Of a stretch of DNA of 64,000 nucleotides, positions 62,991 to 64,000 are shown one piece after another. How positions within the stretch are numbered: the first letter of the stretch is position 1; the number at the start of each line of letters is the position of its first letter. Location: contig NC_067403.1 in the NCBI RefSeq assembly GCF_016432865.1, forward strand, positions 245,892,001 through 245,956,000, written 5' to 3'. The notes below the pieces were generated by a model that saw only the letters and a program-made list of their open reading frames with translations, searched no databases and had not been told where the DNA came from. The stretch is from Antechinus flavipes (lineage: Eukaryota). Position numbers and translations under genes: made by a program.

Positions 62991-64000
62991 CAATGTCAAA
63001 TAGCTGTAAAGTGTTATCCCTGGTATTTAAACACAGATTTTCTAACTTCAAATTCAGTGTTCTTTGGAATCTCTATTAATTTATTATCCTAGGTAGGAAG
63101 TTACTTGCGATGGGGCCCACTTAGTACAAAATGAAATAGAAGCTCTCCAGTTGACTAGTTTTACTTTTATCTTCACAGAAAACTGAAACAAAATGAATAG
63201 AATATATATTCTGAGTTAAGATCTCTTGACTCCAAATCTGATACATTTCATCTGTTTTTTGAGGGTCTCATAGATGTATGGAGATGGGAGTCCCTAATTT
63301 AATACTGGAATAAGTTATTTAGGAAGACTGAAGCCTCACTTCACTGGAGCTCTTTTAGCATAAGACAGTACCACCTTCTCTGAGTGATTTAGAACTTGAC
63401 AAGACAGATCTTAAGACCAAACAATGTAGCACTTTTATTATGTTAGAAATCATGGAGGAATTAAGAGGGAGCTTTTCATTGTATGATTTGCATCCCTCTA
63501 TATTTACTGTACTCAACATGAAAATGTCTTAACATTATCATAAAATTAGTTTTGAGCTTCTGGAGCTCTTAAAAGGGTCTTGAGTACTCCCAGGTTGCCA
63601 TGATCATATTTTAAGTACCTGTGATGTGGCATCTTCTACCTAAAAGAAAAGTTTCCATTGAAAGTCTTTTTCCTGAAAGGAGATGTTATATTTTAGACTC
63701 ATGTATCTACATAAAATATGAAGTTGAAACCAAAACTAATCCAACACAATGCAAAACATCATAGGTATGTGAGAAGAATAAAATCCATAATATACCTGGT
63801 CTGATCAATTTGGTATTATCATGTATCACAAGAAAAGGAGTGCTGTCACTTTCTAGTGTTAGTTACAAAAGTCAAGTTCCTAGTGTAGGAGAAAAAAATA
63901 GACCATCAGAGAACTAGCAGCTTAAGAGCTGTGATGGACTCCTCTATTTTGTTCCTTTTGTCTCCAGTTACTGGAAATCCTTTCATCAGCATGTTTTGAT

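Overview
AT-rich mammalian DNA, very likely an Australian marsupial (dasyurid-like, inferred from WSINE/Mar-type SINEs and marsupial L1). It is part of a class II olfactory receptor (OR) cluster. Five intact single-exon ORs and one OR pseudogene all lie on the minus strand: OR10AG-like (one intact, one pseudogene), OR5G-like, an atypical OR5M-like gene and two OR5M8-like paralogs. The rest is L1, SINE, L2/CR1, LTR and hAT-MITE sequence, microsatellites and two assembly gaps. No prokaryote-style system (CRISPR, operon) is present and I cannot support a wholly new gene system. The most unusual signals are: (1) a young 4.4-kb L1 with an intact 5' end and a perfect 14-bp TSD that stops inside ORF2 with no 3'UTR or poly(A), plus a probable older second L1 of similar architecture, suggesting internal priming; (2) a two-patch templated insertion in one copy of a ~19-kb-offset segmental duplication; (3) an apparent gene-conversion tract between the OR5M8-like paralogs; (4) several homeodomain + O/E (Lhx2/Ebf-type) motif clusters that are candidate OR promoters or enhancers. 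All alignments and mismatch counts were done by eye and are approximate; repeat family names come from recall, not a database search.
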